NCBI RefSeq assembly: GCF_006345805.1
Contig: NW_021833191.1
Location: 1 to 29,055, forward strand
Origin: Octopus sinensis
Lineage: Eukaryota
Reading direction: 5' to 3'
DNA length: 29,055 bases
Shown in pieces: positions 1 through 11,210 of this stretch (position 1 is its first letter; each line of letters starts with the position of its first letter). The position numbers and the translations under genes were made by a program. The notes beneath the pieces are model-generated. The model worked only from the letters and a program-made list of their open reading frames with translations, was not told the origin of the DNA and did not search any database.

Positions 1-1110
1 AAAAGCGCAAGTCAAATACAGTATCTTATATTATAGAATTATAAAATTAATATCAGTAATAATTTCTCTTTTATTGATTCATATTATATGCCTCTTGTAT
101 GAATAAAATACTTACTCTATCAGGTCTAGTCAGAAAACCAGACCTGATAAAGAAAAACTGGAGTAAGTTTTGAATTTAGACGGCAAGATCACTTGGAATT
201 CATTGAAATATCCCAGGAACCGGAAAAGAAAAAATTTGCCCAGTGTTATTTGATTTTAATATTCAGGATATTTCACAGTTGATTTCTTTTTGCATTGGCT
301 TCGAAAAGACAATGTCTTTAAAACAATCTATCCCGAGTTCTTCCACTCTTATAAATTCGATGGCCAACTTGAACTTTCTTTCCCTCTTACTCCAGAAGTC
401 GTCGCGAGGTAATTTCACTTTTCGTTAAATAAGTTCTTAAATTCCAGGTCTTATATTCGTTTCTCTTTCTCTTCAGAATGCTTTGCTCTTCAGAAGGTAA
501 GTAAATTATCAGTTTTACCCGTAGCTTTGTTAGGTTATCAACAGCAACTGTTTCTATCCATCGATCTTAGCAAATAAACCGCTTGAAACAAGTCGATTGC
601 GTTTGTATACATGGTGAGCGAAACGATTTTATTTTAACTTGGCAAGATATCGATAACTTTAAATTTTTAATTATGCACTAGATAAATTATACTTAATGCC
701 ATCGAAAGAGGTGTGGTCAACGAGTACAAGATAGGAGTTAATATGTTTATGAAATAACGACTTGATTAGGATTGTATTTTTGATTTTAAATAAATATTGA
801 TAATGTTCCACGAGAAAAGCATGAATGTTACAAATTCCCCTTGTAATTAGCAAACCTCTTTACAATTGTTGTTTGTTCCTTTTCGAGCCATGTTTCCCGG
901 TTTCTTTGGCGTATAGGTTCCCCACCTGCACGGGACGCCAGTCTGTCGCAGGTGAGCTGCAAGATGCAGGAGGAAAGTTGTAGCAAAAGAATCATCAGAG
1001 GTTCACCATTATCCTCTCCCAGGGTCGCGTAGAGCTTAGGTATTTTGCTCATAAACACTTACATTGCCCGGCCTGAGATTTCAATTCTTGTTGATCTACT
1101 TTAAACATAT
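1..1110 (-). pseudogene. Copy 1 of a decayed multi-copy coding-like unit (possible STAND/nSTAND3-like P-loop NTPase remnant)
   Basis: About 85-90% similar by eye to 7352-8789 and 26267-28321. Minus-strand frames with frameshifts give LYAKETGK/TWL (Walker A-like, ~883-917), YLVLVDHTSFDGIKY (Walker B-like) and IETVAVDNLTKLRVKLIIYLPSEEQSILKRK. Has a ~530-bp deletion at 265/266 relative to the other copies. The duplication is certain; the protein family is inference. Confidence 0.45.
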
Positions 1111-1445
1111 TACTCGTAAGTAAGAACAGGAATAAATATTGCAGAATTAAAAATCTAAAACTATTTTGACCTGACGAATAAATAAGACATAAGTCGGGGT
1201 AGAATCAGCAGATTCAGAAAATACTGAGAGCGTGCAATAAGAACAACATTATCCAAACATGTTTTTTCTGAAAGGGAGAAGTATTTTACGATAAATATTT
1301 GGTTGTAATATTTAATATTTTGAGCAACTGCTCAGGGAGTAGGCACTCTCCTTGTAATGAAACACAGTGAAGTACGGTGAATGAAGTCTACGAAACCAAA
1401 GAGATGGCTACTTTTCAATATACTTAGGTGCCGACTAACATACAA

Positions 1446-1446
<1 letters not shown>

Positions 1447-1510
<64 letters not shown>

Positions 1511-1665
1511 ATTATTAATAATAATAATAATAAAAATAATTTATATATACATATATATATATACATATATATATATATACATATATACATGTATATATAC
1601 AAATATATATATACATATACATATATATATACATGTATGTATATATGTATATATACATATATATA
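1447..1665. repeat. (ATT)n then (AAT)n then (TA)/(TACA) microsatellite
   Basis: Direct reading. Confidence 0.95.
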
Positions 1666-2150
1666 TTGTTATATTTCGGAATGGTCATATTGCCAGTTTA
1701 GCCAATAAAGACACACGCACTATATATTTGGTGTTATTTTGCTTCAGTGATATTTATTTTTTACATTAATCTTAATCTTATTTCGGCCAGAGTTCTTTCG
1801 TCACACTCCTGTGACTGCATCAGTGGTCCTTTGTTTTCTTCTTTCGTATTTGTGTCTCTCCTTACTAACCGTCAGCCATTTTGTATTTCTCTTGTATGTC
1901 TTCATTTGCGCATGCTTATATCTCTATGTGCGTCTATGTTTATTTAGTGTGTGTTTGGGGGGGATGCCTGTAATATTTGTATCTTCTGTTTATATACATT
2001 CATGTAATTTGTATTTTGTTTTTGTTGTTGTTGCTTTTGTTCTAATTTTGTTCATGTGTTTACATCCACCCATTATTATCATTATATATGCTTGTATGTA
2101 TGTATAACAACAATATTAGTAATAATAATAATAAATCTAATCGAAAAAAA
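1663..2150 (-). mobile_element. Inverted terminal (pseudo-LTR-like) segment at the 5' side of the Penelope-like element
   Basis: 1663-1693 is the exact reverse complement of 6245-6275 (31 bp), and 2088-2150 is the reverse complement of 6174-6236 (63 bp). Contains a hammerhead-like motif. Confidence 0.65.
1785..1829 (-). ncRNA. Candidate variant minimal type I hammerhead (core CUGAUG-C-A)
   Basis: Minus strand reads GGACCA CTGATGCA GTCAC aggagt GTGAC GAAA G aa CTC TGGCC: 5-bp stem II, stem I CCA/TGG plus GG/CC around one bulge, CUC triplet, one extra C in the core. Confidence 0.4.
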
Positions 2151-2167
2151 TATTTAAACGTACTAAC

Positions 2168-5100
2168 GTGAGCCATAGCCAGGCTTGCACGATGCTGAAG
2201 AACACTATATTTTGTTGCCTAAAGAAAACTGTGACAACGCAACAGCTTCGTTTTATAAAACAATGTGTCCCGTCCAGAATATGTATCAACAAGGTCACAG
2301 CCAACGTTAAACGGCTTGACCTCACTAACGGACAAGCGGAAAGACTAAAAAGGACGCTAATGATAAATATTAGAAATAGAATATACAGAGAGCTGAGCGA
2401 ACAAGAGAAGCGTAAACGTATATTTTTAAAAGAAATTAAAAGTATCACCACACGAAAGGAGAAAACCTTACTAATGGATATAATATATGAAGAAAACAGA
2501 CATGTAATACACCAATGCAATATCCATTTTAAGAGGAAGTTATCGTGGTTGAAACAGAAACGTCAATATGAGCCCGCAAAGGAAGAAAAGCAGAAGTATC
2601 CAGATACAATAAATGGAATTATTATAGAAGATGTGCTACTACCAGAAGAGTTCAATAAAGACAATGAAGCGAACATCTATGGGGGAGTAACAACGGACCT
2701 AGATGAAATATCGATACTTCAACTACCACCAAAGTATGCAGTGTATAGTAAGGTGAATACCATCAAATGCCTGTCCGAGATTGAAAAGTCGTTCACAAAA
2801 ATACGTTGGAATTTAAATAGATACAATGACAACAACACTTGCGACAACAACAACAACGCGAAAAACACTAACCGCAGCAACAACAACACAAACAATAATG
2901 ACCGCAGCAATAACAACCGTAGCAACAAAAGCAACACGAACCCTAACAGCGGCAACAACAACAACAATAGAAAAAAATGAATGCATAGACACAAACAATA
3001 GATACAAAAACAAAAACACAAACAGAGAGAAAAAAATCGTATACAACAGCAACAACAACAATTATAGGGAGAACCGACACACAAACACACACACAGATAA
3101 CCATAGTCACAAAGACACGAATAAAAGTTGTGTCATGGGGGTCACGATGGAGAATAAAGTTGAATGCAACAGAATCCTTGGACAGGGAGTCAGCAGACTT
3201 GAAACAGATAACAATACTCATAGGAACAAAAATAACAACCACAACAGGGGGAATGACAGGGACCAACAGACAGACATAAACCCAACACTAATATGAACAA
3301 CACATATACCAGAAACAGGAACAATGAATATATCACTAGCGATGACAGTAATAATGGCAATGGTAGGAATAAAGGTAATAACAATAATAGTGGTAGTAGT
3401 AGTGGTGATGGTAACAGTAGAAGTAGTAATAGTTGTGGTGGTAATAGGAATAATAGTAGTAGTGGTAATGATGATAATAATAATAGGAAGGCTGATGTTG
3501 GAAACAGTAACGATAATGAAGATAACCCTAGAAAGACCATTGACATGTATACCCATCCCTTTGATACTCAATTCTTCAATGTATGTGACAAAACTTACTG
3601 CATGAACCGGATTTATCCAACAACATTACCCTTCAACAAAAGAGTATACATCCCAAGACGTACTAATGACCATATGGAAGCACAGTTCACTATAGCTAGG
3701 ACCAAACTTAGACAGATTTTAGGATTATACATTAAGAGACAGAGACAGAATAAGACAGATGCCCAACAACTCGGGATTAAACCTGCATGTGGCCTACAGA
3801 AGCTCATTCAGCGCACGAGGAACGGAGAGGTGATATGCCTTCCACAGATAAGTCCGGCAGGATGTCAATAGACAGCTTACCGAACTATATCCAGGCAATG
3901 CAACCTCATATCGCCAATACAAAAATAACAACTGTACAGGCGCATGAGGAGAGAGAAAAGGTCCTCAATGCCCACATGATGATGTGGACAATTGTTCTGG
4001 GACCCCAGAAACGTACTGCAAAGAATTTCCAAGCCTGCAACAATGATATCCCGGCACTGTATGGACTTCGCAAGGACCATAAAGTTTTTACTGAACCTAT
4101 AGCAGGACCACCAACAAGACCAGTCTCCTACTTCCTCTCAATGATCATACGCCCTATAATCAGGATGTCACCTGATGTGTGTGACAGCACAGAAGATCTC
4201 CTAAGCAGGATCAGTGACTGTAACAAAACTTGTGACTTGACAGGATGTATAGTAGCATGGATGTGGTATCCCTATACCCATCGATTGACGTATATTTTGC
4301 AGTGGAGAAGTGCGTGGAGATGATCAACGAGAGCCAGGTGGAGTTCTGTAATGTCAACTCAGAAGAACTGGGCCTCCTACTTAGACTGACATGCAATAAT
4401 GAATACTTAGATAAACATAATCTTAGTAGTTTCTGCCCCAGTAGATGTTTAAGAGGTAGACCACCTACAATTACTTCTATGGCTAGGAAGACACATATAG
4501 AAAGATGGCGCGGATGGACCAGAGCCATACGGAGCCCCGCAAATCTCCATCAGGTAAAGAAAATGATCGCACATGCACTAGGAGCTAGTATAAGAGTTAC
4601 CCTAAAAGGCCACACGTTTAAATTTAATAATAAAATATATTCCCAGGAGGTGGGGGCAGCCATCGGTGTTAGTATCGCTGGTGATGTGGACAACCTTTTC
4701 ATGGTATGGTGGGACAGAAGGCTTAAAGAACGCCTAACACAGAACTCCATACTCGTAAACATGTACTCTCGCTATGTTGATGATATTAACATAGTGGTAA
4801 AGGCACCCCCACAAGAGAGTAATGTTGATATAGTAATAGAAACTAATACTATGGAGAGCATCCAGCAAATAGCTAACTCCATCCACCAGAGTATTAAGGT
4901 CACAATAGACTACCCCACTAAACACCCCAACCATAGACTACCAGTACCAGACACTGAACTCTGGCTAGAAATTGTAAAAAATAAAACCCAAATCCTTCAT
5001 TCATACTATGCAAAACCTATGGCCTCAAATACCTGATCCACCGGAACTCAGCCATTGCGGGCAATGCCAAATTCAATATTTTGATGGCAGACCTCGTCAG

Positions 5101-5907
5101 AATAATGAGAATGTGTCACGCATGTGCGAGCCTACAGAATTAAAGAGACACATACAGTATTTCATTCACCGCATGCAGTTCTCAGGTTACAGCCATAAAG
5201 AAAGGATCAGAGTATACAAAGGAGCCATGAAGAAATTTGATAATATATTATGTAATGATAGGAATGGGATTTGCCCACTCTATAGGAACAAGTCATGGAA
5301 CACTATAGAAAGGACAAAAAAGAAAATAGGGAAGGCCAACTCTTGGTATGATAGCCATAAATACCAGAGTGTCATGTTCGTTGACACCACCCCTGGAGGT
5401 GAACTGGCGTACTGCTTTAGAAGGACCCTAGATAAACTTAAACTAAGAATTAAGGTTGTTGAAAAGCCAGGCAACCCTATCAAATCTATAATTGGTAGAA
5501 CCTATCCTTTTAGTAGAACCCCCTGTACGGATAACTATTGCACTGTATGTAGATTTAGCCCACAAACAAACTGTAAAGCCAGAAATGTAGTCTATAGTAT
5601 AAGATGTATAGAGGGACGATGCAGTAACAAGACAATAACATACGTAGGGGAAACGGCAAGAAGCATAGGAGAGCGGGTGAATGTACATTGGAGACAACTC
5701 AAGGAAGGTAAAAGCACATCGATTCTGTACCAACACGCCGAACAGGAACACGGGGGATCAATCAATAACATAGAGATTAAGATATTGTCCACACATAGAA
5801 CAGATGCAACAATTAGACAAATTACAGAAGCTACACATATAATAGAAAATAAACCTAGCCTGAATAGAAAACTAGAATGGAGCAATAGCACACACCACAA
5901 CATATGA
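2168..5907 (+). mobile_element. Penelope-like retroelement, RT + C-terminal GIY-YIG, frameshifted; non-Neptune type (possibly Hydra-clade-like)
   Basis: Consecutive ORF pieces give TDKSGR, PALYGLRKDHK, GPPTRPV, MDVVSLYPSI, GAAIGVSIAGDVDNLFMVWWD, SRYVDDI, YYAKPMAS, RMQFSGYS, CTDNYCTVC and NVVYSIRC...TYVGETARSIGER. About 6 frameshifts. Asn-rich linker at ~2820-3530. Clade assignment is inference. Confidence 0.93.
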
Positions 5908-5969
5908 CGATAGAGGATCCCGAAAACATAATAAATACACAGATAAATAAACAAATAGAAATGAATAAC

Positions 5970-6017
5970 TATATATATGTATATATATCTATGTATATAT
6001 GTATGTATATGTATGTG

Positions 6018-6065
<48 letters not shown>

Positions 6066-6123
6066 TATAATATATATATAATATATATATATATAATATA
6101 TATATATGTGTGTATATATATGT

Positions 6124-6156
<33 letters not shown>

Positions 6157-6640
6157 TTTCTTTACGATTAGATTTTTTTTCGATTAGATTTATTATTATT
6201 ATTACTAATATTGTTGTTATACATACATACAAGCATACATACAAGCAATATGACCATTCCGAAATATAACAATATCTGTTTCAACACACGACTTCACATA
6301 AAAAATCTTGCACAACAAATATTTAAACGTACATATATATATATTTAAATATATATATACATATATACATATATAATTACACACATATATACATACACAT
6401 CTATATACGTATATATATATACACATTTATATACATATATATACATTTATATATATACATATTTATACATATATATACACACATATATAATATACATTTA
6501 TATACATATATATACATTTATATACATATATGTATATATATAGTTATATACATATATACATATATACAGTTATATATATATGCATTTATATACATACATA
6601 TATATATATCATTAATATACATGTGTGTGTGTGTATATAT
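5970..6640. repeat. (TA)n and compound TA/TACA tracts enclosing the right-hand inverted-repeat block 6174-6275
   Basis: Direct reading; inverted matches to 1663-1693 and 2088-2150. Confidence 0.9.
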
Positions 6641-7271
6641 AGACATGATGATACATGATGGCCGTCCACTCGTGACCGAGGAAGACCATTGCTGACCTTC
6701 AGGAACATTGTGCGCTCTAGAACTAACCTATATTTTGCATTTTCAGCTCTGTCGGTGGTTAATGATCCCTGCTCTTGACAAGCATACATGACTGCAAACA
6801 TTGCAGACCAAGCTTTCCCCATGCATTACACCAGCCATGCGTTTTCGAGCAGCAGGCTTAAGTCATTCATGCTGAATACATGCTCTCTCAAAGGTTCCGA
6901 CCCCTCCCTTAACCTGCTTCTTCCATCTGTAGACATGACAGCATTGCTCTCCCAGTCTGTCTCCGGCATATCACAGGCCTTTAATGAGGACTTGACACAG
7001 TCATTAAATCACAGCCTTTTTCCACTCACAAGTTTCCCGTATAGCATCTGTTTAGGGATCCTGCTACCCTTCATTCTAATAAGGTGTCCAGTCCAACGTA
7101 ACCAGTGCTTATGCATCGTAGCGGAAATCCTCAGAATATCAGCTTTCCTCAAGAAAGGTGTATCTGGAGTTTTTAAGGTCCAGCCATCATTCAGAATGTG
7201 TTTCAGACATCGCTGATGAAAGTGTTCAAGAACCCTTACATGACGTTTGTAAACGTTCCATAAACACACAA
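6640..7271 (-). mobile_element. RTE-clade LINE, degenerate 3' fragment
   Basis: FHQRCLKHIL...LRWTGHLIRMKGSRIPKQMLYGKL is the typical RTE C-terminal region. Frameshifted remainder, diverged from the LINE at 13580. Confidence 0.88.
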
Positions 7272-7350
7272 GCATCGGTTGTCAAGCGATGTTGGGAGGA
7301 CAAATACAGACACACAAACACACACACAAGAACACACAGACACACACACT
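7272..7350 (-). mobile_element. SINE fragment (same family as 25690-26175)
   Basis: gcatcggttgtcaagcgatgttgggaggacaaa followed by a (CA) tract; the same string occurs at ~25850. Confidence 0.85.
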
Positions 7351-7351
7351 G

Positions 7352-8789
7352 TTTATATTTCAATTCATTTATTTGAAATCTATCCAAATTAAATCCTAAA
7401 TCCCAGCGGGATTCGAAGTCAAAATGTAAAGTTTCATGACTGAATACTAAAGATATGTTATCAGTCGATTCATGATTTCTACAAATCCATTCATGTCCTT
7501 TCCGTTCTCTGAGGAAACGAGAAATGACAACTGTAAACCGAATGTAACGAAATCACAAGTCACCTATAGTATTTTATATTATAGAATTATAAAAAAAATT
7601 TCAGTAATAATCTCTCTTTATCGATTCCTATTATATGCCACTTGTATGAATAAAATACTTACTCTATCAGGTCTAGTCAGAAAACCACACCTGATAAAGA
7701 AAAACTACAGTAAGTTTTGAATTTAGCCGGCAAAATCACTTGGAATTCATTGAAATATTCCAGGCACCAGACAAGAAAAAATTTGCCCAGTGTTATTTGT
7801 TTTAATATTCAACAGATCGCTAATCACTATTCTAAGACTTATTACCCTATTTTCATATATATTTCTTTATTTTAAATCAGTCTATCTACATTAAATCCTA
7901 AATCACACCAAAATTCGAAATCAGAACGTTAAGTTTCAAGACACAATAGAAAGGATAGTTGATCAGACGATCCATGATTTCTACAAATCCGTCCTCGTCC
8001 TTTCCTTTCTCATTGGAAGTGGAAAATGAAAATGATAAACCGAATGTAATAAAAGCACAAGTCAGCTACAGTATTTTATATCGTAGAATTATAAAAACAA
8101 TTTCAGTAATTATCTCTCTTTTCATTCTTAATATTATTAATTCACTTACCTTTAAGATTCATGACTGTTACAGGGTTCTTAAGTAAACTTCACTTTTAGT
8201 TGAAAATCGACCAACAAGACGTGTCTCACTGCAAACAATAAGCTTCTGCCTTTTAATGTTCCCTTTTCCTAGTCTCGATAAACAAGCTTTCTTTTAGTTA
8301 TTCCTATTCTCTTCGTTCTGATAATTTAAGAATAAATTCAGGATATTTCACAGTTGATTTCTTTTTGCATTTAACACAATCTCTCCCGAGTTCTTCCGCT
8401 CTTATAAAATTGATGGCCAACTTGAACTTTCTTTCCCTCTTACTCCAGAAGTCGTCGCCAGGTAATTTCACTTTTCGTTAAATAAGTTCTTAAATTCCTG
8501 GTCTTATATTCGTCTATCTTTCTCTCCAGAATGCTTTGCTCTTCAGAAGGTAAGTAAATTATCAGTTTTACCCGTAGCTTTGTTAGGTTATCAATAACAA
8601 CTGTTTCTATCGATCGATCTTAGCAAACAAACGCTTCAAACAAGTCGACTGCGTTTTTATACATGGTGAGCCAAACGAGTTTACTTTAACTTGGCAATAT
8701 ATCGATAGCTTTGAAGTTTTAATTTTTCCATTCGATAAATTACACTAAATGCCCTCGAAAAACTATGGTCAACGAGTACAGGAAGGGAA
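7352..8789 (-). pseudogene. Copy 2 of the decayed coding-like unit
   Basis: Colinear with 26267-28321. Minus frame reads FKAIDILPS*SKLVWLTMYKNAVDLFEAFVC*DRSIETVVIDNLTKLRVKLIIYLPSEEQSILERKIDEYKTRNLRTYLTKSEITWRRLLE*EGKKVQVG. Two ~490-bp internal sub-repeats. Cut off at ~8790 by Tc1. Confidence 0.5.
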
Positions 8790-9085
8790 TCCAAATCCAA
8801 GTCAGTGAATGTAGTGAAGATGAAGCACTTATCTGGTCACCAGCTCCCAGATCTCAATATTATTGAATATTTATGGTGCATTATAGAAAAAACAAGTTAG
8901 GAGTCGATATCCTCCAGCATCATCTGTACAAGAACTGGAGACTGTTTTAGCTGAAGCCATTCCTTTCGAAATTCCTTTCGAAGCGATTCAAACTTTGTAC
9001 GCGTCTATACCTCGTAAAATTCAAGCTGTAATTACTGCCAAAGGCGGTCCTACACGATGTTTCCATTATTTTTGTCCAACTCCTG
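8790..9085 (+). mobile_element. Tc1 transposon 3' remnant
   Basis: Degenerate W..Q.PDLNIIEYLWCII and IQTLYASIPRKIQAVITAKGGPTR, which match the Tc1 DDE C-terminus. Ends in the TIR-like tttccattatttttgtccaactcctg. Confidence 0.88.
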
Positions 9086-9450
9086 AACATACACACATAC
9101 ATACACACATACATACATACATACATACATACATACACACTCATACATACATACATATATACACACACATACATACATACATACATTCATAAATACATGA
9201 ATACATACACACACATGCATATATACATACATACATATATACACACACATTCATACATACACTCACATACATACATACACACATACATACATGAATATAT
9301 ACACACACATACATACATATATATACACATACATACATATATATACACACATACATACATACATTCATACATACATGAATACATACACACACATACATAC
9401 ATGAATATATACACACACATACATATATACACACATTCATACATACATGG
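9086..9450. repeat. (TACA)/(CA)/(TA) compound microsatellite
   Basis: Direct reading. Confidence 0.95.
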
Positions 9451-9559
9451 AAGCATGCTGTGTTACAGTGCGTCGCTTCATCCCCCATTTCTAAGGGATT
9501 CCTTGGCGGACGACCCCTTTTTACAATTTAGGCGACAACCCTACAACCCACGGCTCTGT

Positions 9560-9810
9560 TTTGGCAGTCGTTGGTAGTGAGATTTGTACGGGATCAAAGT
9601 GCAAATCCTAACTCGCCCCCTTTTGGTCGCTTTTTACGAAACGCAGACGAAACGTTGGGTTTATTCATTGATATGCCAGTCCCCTCATAGCCCTGAGGCA
9701 ACGTGAAATACAGAACTTTGCTCAAGGATAACACACGCCAACCCGTCCAGGAATCGATCGCACGGTCAGCGAATCATGAGTGCAAATCCTGATCCCTAAG
9801 CCACGCACAT
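9560..9810 (-). mobile_element. Degenerate tRNA-derived SINE
   Basis: Minus-strand head gtgcgtggcttagggatcagg...cgattcctgg. The gcaacgtgaaata...tgctcaag block is shared with the SINE at 24800-25142. Confidence 0.6.
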
Positions 9811-10417
9811 TCACTGATGAAAACAATTGTAAACGTTGGGCTTATATTTTAATATTCAATAAAACAATAATCATTTTCCCTGATTGTGAGTATCTTATCA
9901 CTTCTGGATACTAATCGATACTAAGAACATAACTAGATTATACTCCACGGAAAACATGTCTACTTAAGAAGAAAGAAAGAAAATATACTTTCAACAAATA
10001 AATCACGGTTGACTACATATTGAATAGACTCAAGGATGATTATCGCAATCAGCAGCCGGATATTATTAATCAATATTTTCCATATATTCTTTGAAAGTGA
10101 TTATGCCTCAGCGTTGTAAAGATTTCACGAATATTTCTTGTTCGAACTTGTTACTTTTCTTAAATTAATGAAGCTTTTTTCCTATCTTTAAAATTCATTT
10201 CATTTGTGATTTTATCATGACGTGGCAGATGTATCATTTTAATGAGGATGTGTGTGTGTGGACGTGGACACGTGTGTGTGTGTATTTATGCGTGTATATA
10301 TACATACATATATATATACATATATATATATATATATTTCAATAAACATATTTTTGCTACCCAGGTATCGGTTAAATTTTGAATAATCCTTAACAAGATA
10401 TTCATTTATCCATTTCA

Positions 10418-10690
<273 letters not shown>

Positions 10691-10758
10691 GACCTCGTGT
10701 GTACCGTTGGCGATTTTTTTCCTCTGTCTTCCCTTCTCTGGATCTTTCCTTCTCCTAT

Positions 10759-10793
10759 GTTTCCGACGAAGAGCTCCGCTCAAAACGTCAAAC
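10759..10793 (+). ncRNA. Degenerate minimal type I hammerhead (PLE pseudo-LTR type)
   Basis: GTTT CCGACGA A GAGC tcc GCTC AAAAC GTC AAAC: stems I and II pair, palindromic ACGT stem III, GUC triplet. Two core mismatches (CUGA to CCGA, GAAA to AAAA). Confidence 0.6.
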
Positions 10794-10878
10794 CCTCCTT
10801 CTTCCCTTCCTTCCTGTAATACTATATTTGTTCCACGTCCTCGCGTTGTTTTCTGTGCTTTCATGTTTGTATTTACTA

Positions 10879-10910
<32 letters not shown>

Positions 10911-10999
10911 CATATACAGGCATAAATACACACGCACGCGTAAACCTGCACACACAGACACACACACACATACAACTCCCAGCTCGCTACCTTATCCTT

Positions 11000-11210
11000 C
11001 ATAATAATAATAATAATCCATTTCTACTATAGGCACAGGGGAGACGGAGGATAGTCGATTACTTCGACCCCAATATTCGACTGGCTGTTATTTTACTGAC
11101 CCCGAAAGAACAAAAAGCCAAGTCGACCTCGGCGGAATTTGAACTCACAACGTAGCGACAGATGAAATATCGCTAAGTATTTCGCCCGGCGTGCTAACGA
11201 TTCAACCAGC
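11000..11210 (-). mobile_element. tRNA-derived SINE
   Basis: Head gctggttgaatcgttagc...gagttcaaattccgccgaggtcgac (A/B boxes), (ATT)n tail; homologous to 20520-20752. Confidence 0.85.

Noticed and set aside
2168-5907. Naiad-type or selenoprotein-encoding PLE
   Set aside because: Naiads have an N-terminal GIY-YIG; here it is C-terminal. Cys positions around the RT are TGC/TGT, and the TGAs seen arise from frameshifts.
5900-5930. Hammerhead or SECIS at the PLE stop (atgacgatagaggatcccgaaa)
   Set aside because: No convincing stems I-III and no SECIS helix II partner.
2137-5954. Antisense ORFs overlapping the PLE (for example 2137-2520, 2719-3090, 5592-5954) and the LINE (14877-15904)
   Set aside because: They are shadow frames of the retroelement ORFs or of low-complexity tracts, with no recognisable motifs.
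7352-8789. Alternative genetic code (TAA/TAG = Gln), suggested by TAA stops shared by all copies of the unit
   Set aside because: Other stops vary between copies in a decay pattern (CGA/TGA/TAA, TGG/TAG) and frameshifts are present. Inactivation before duplication explains the shared stops.
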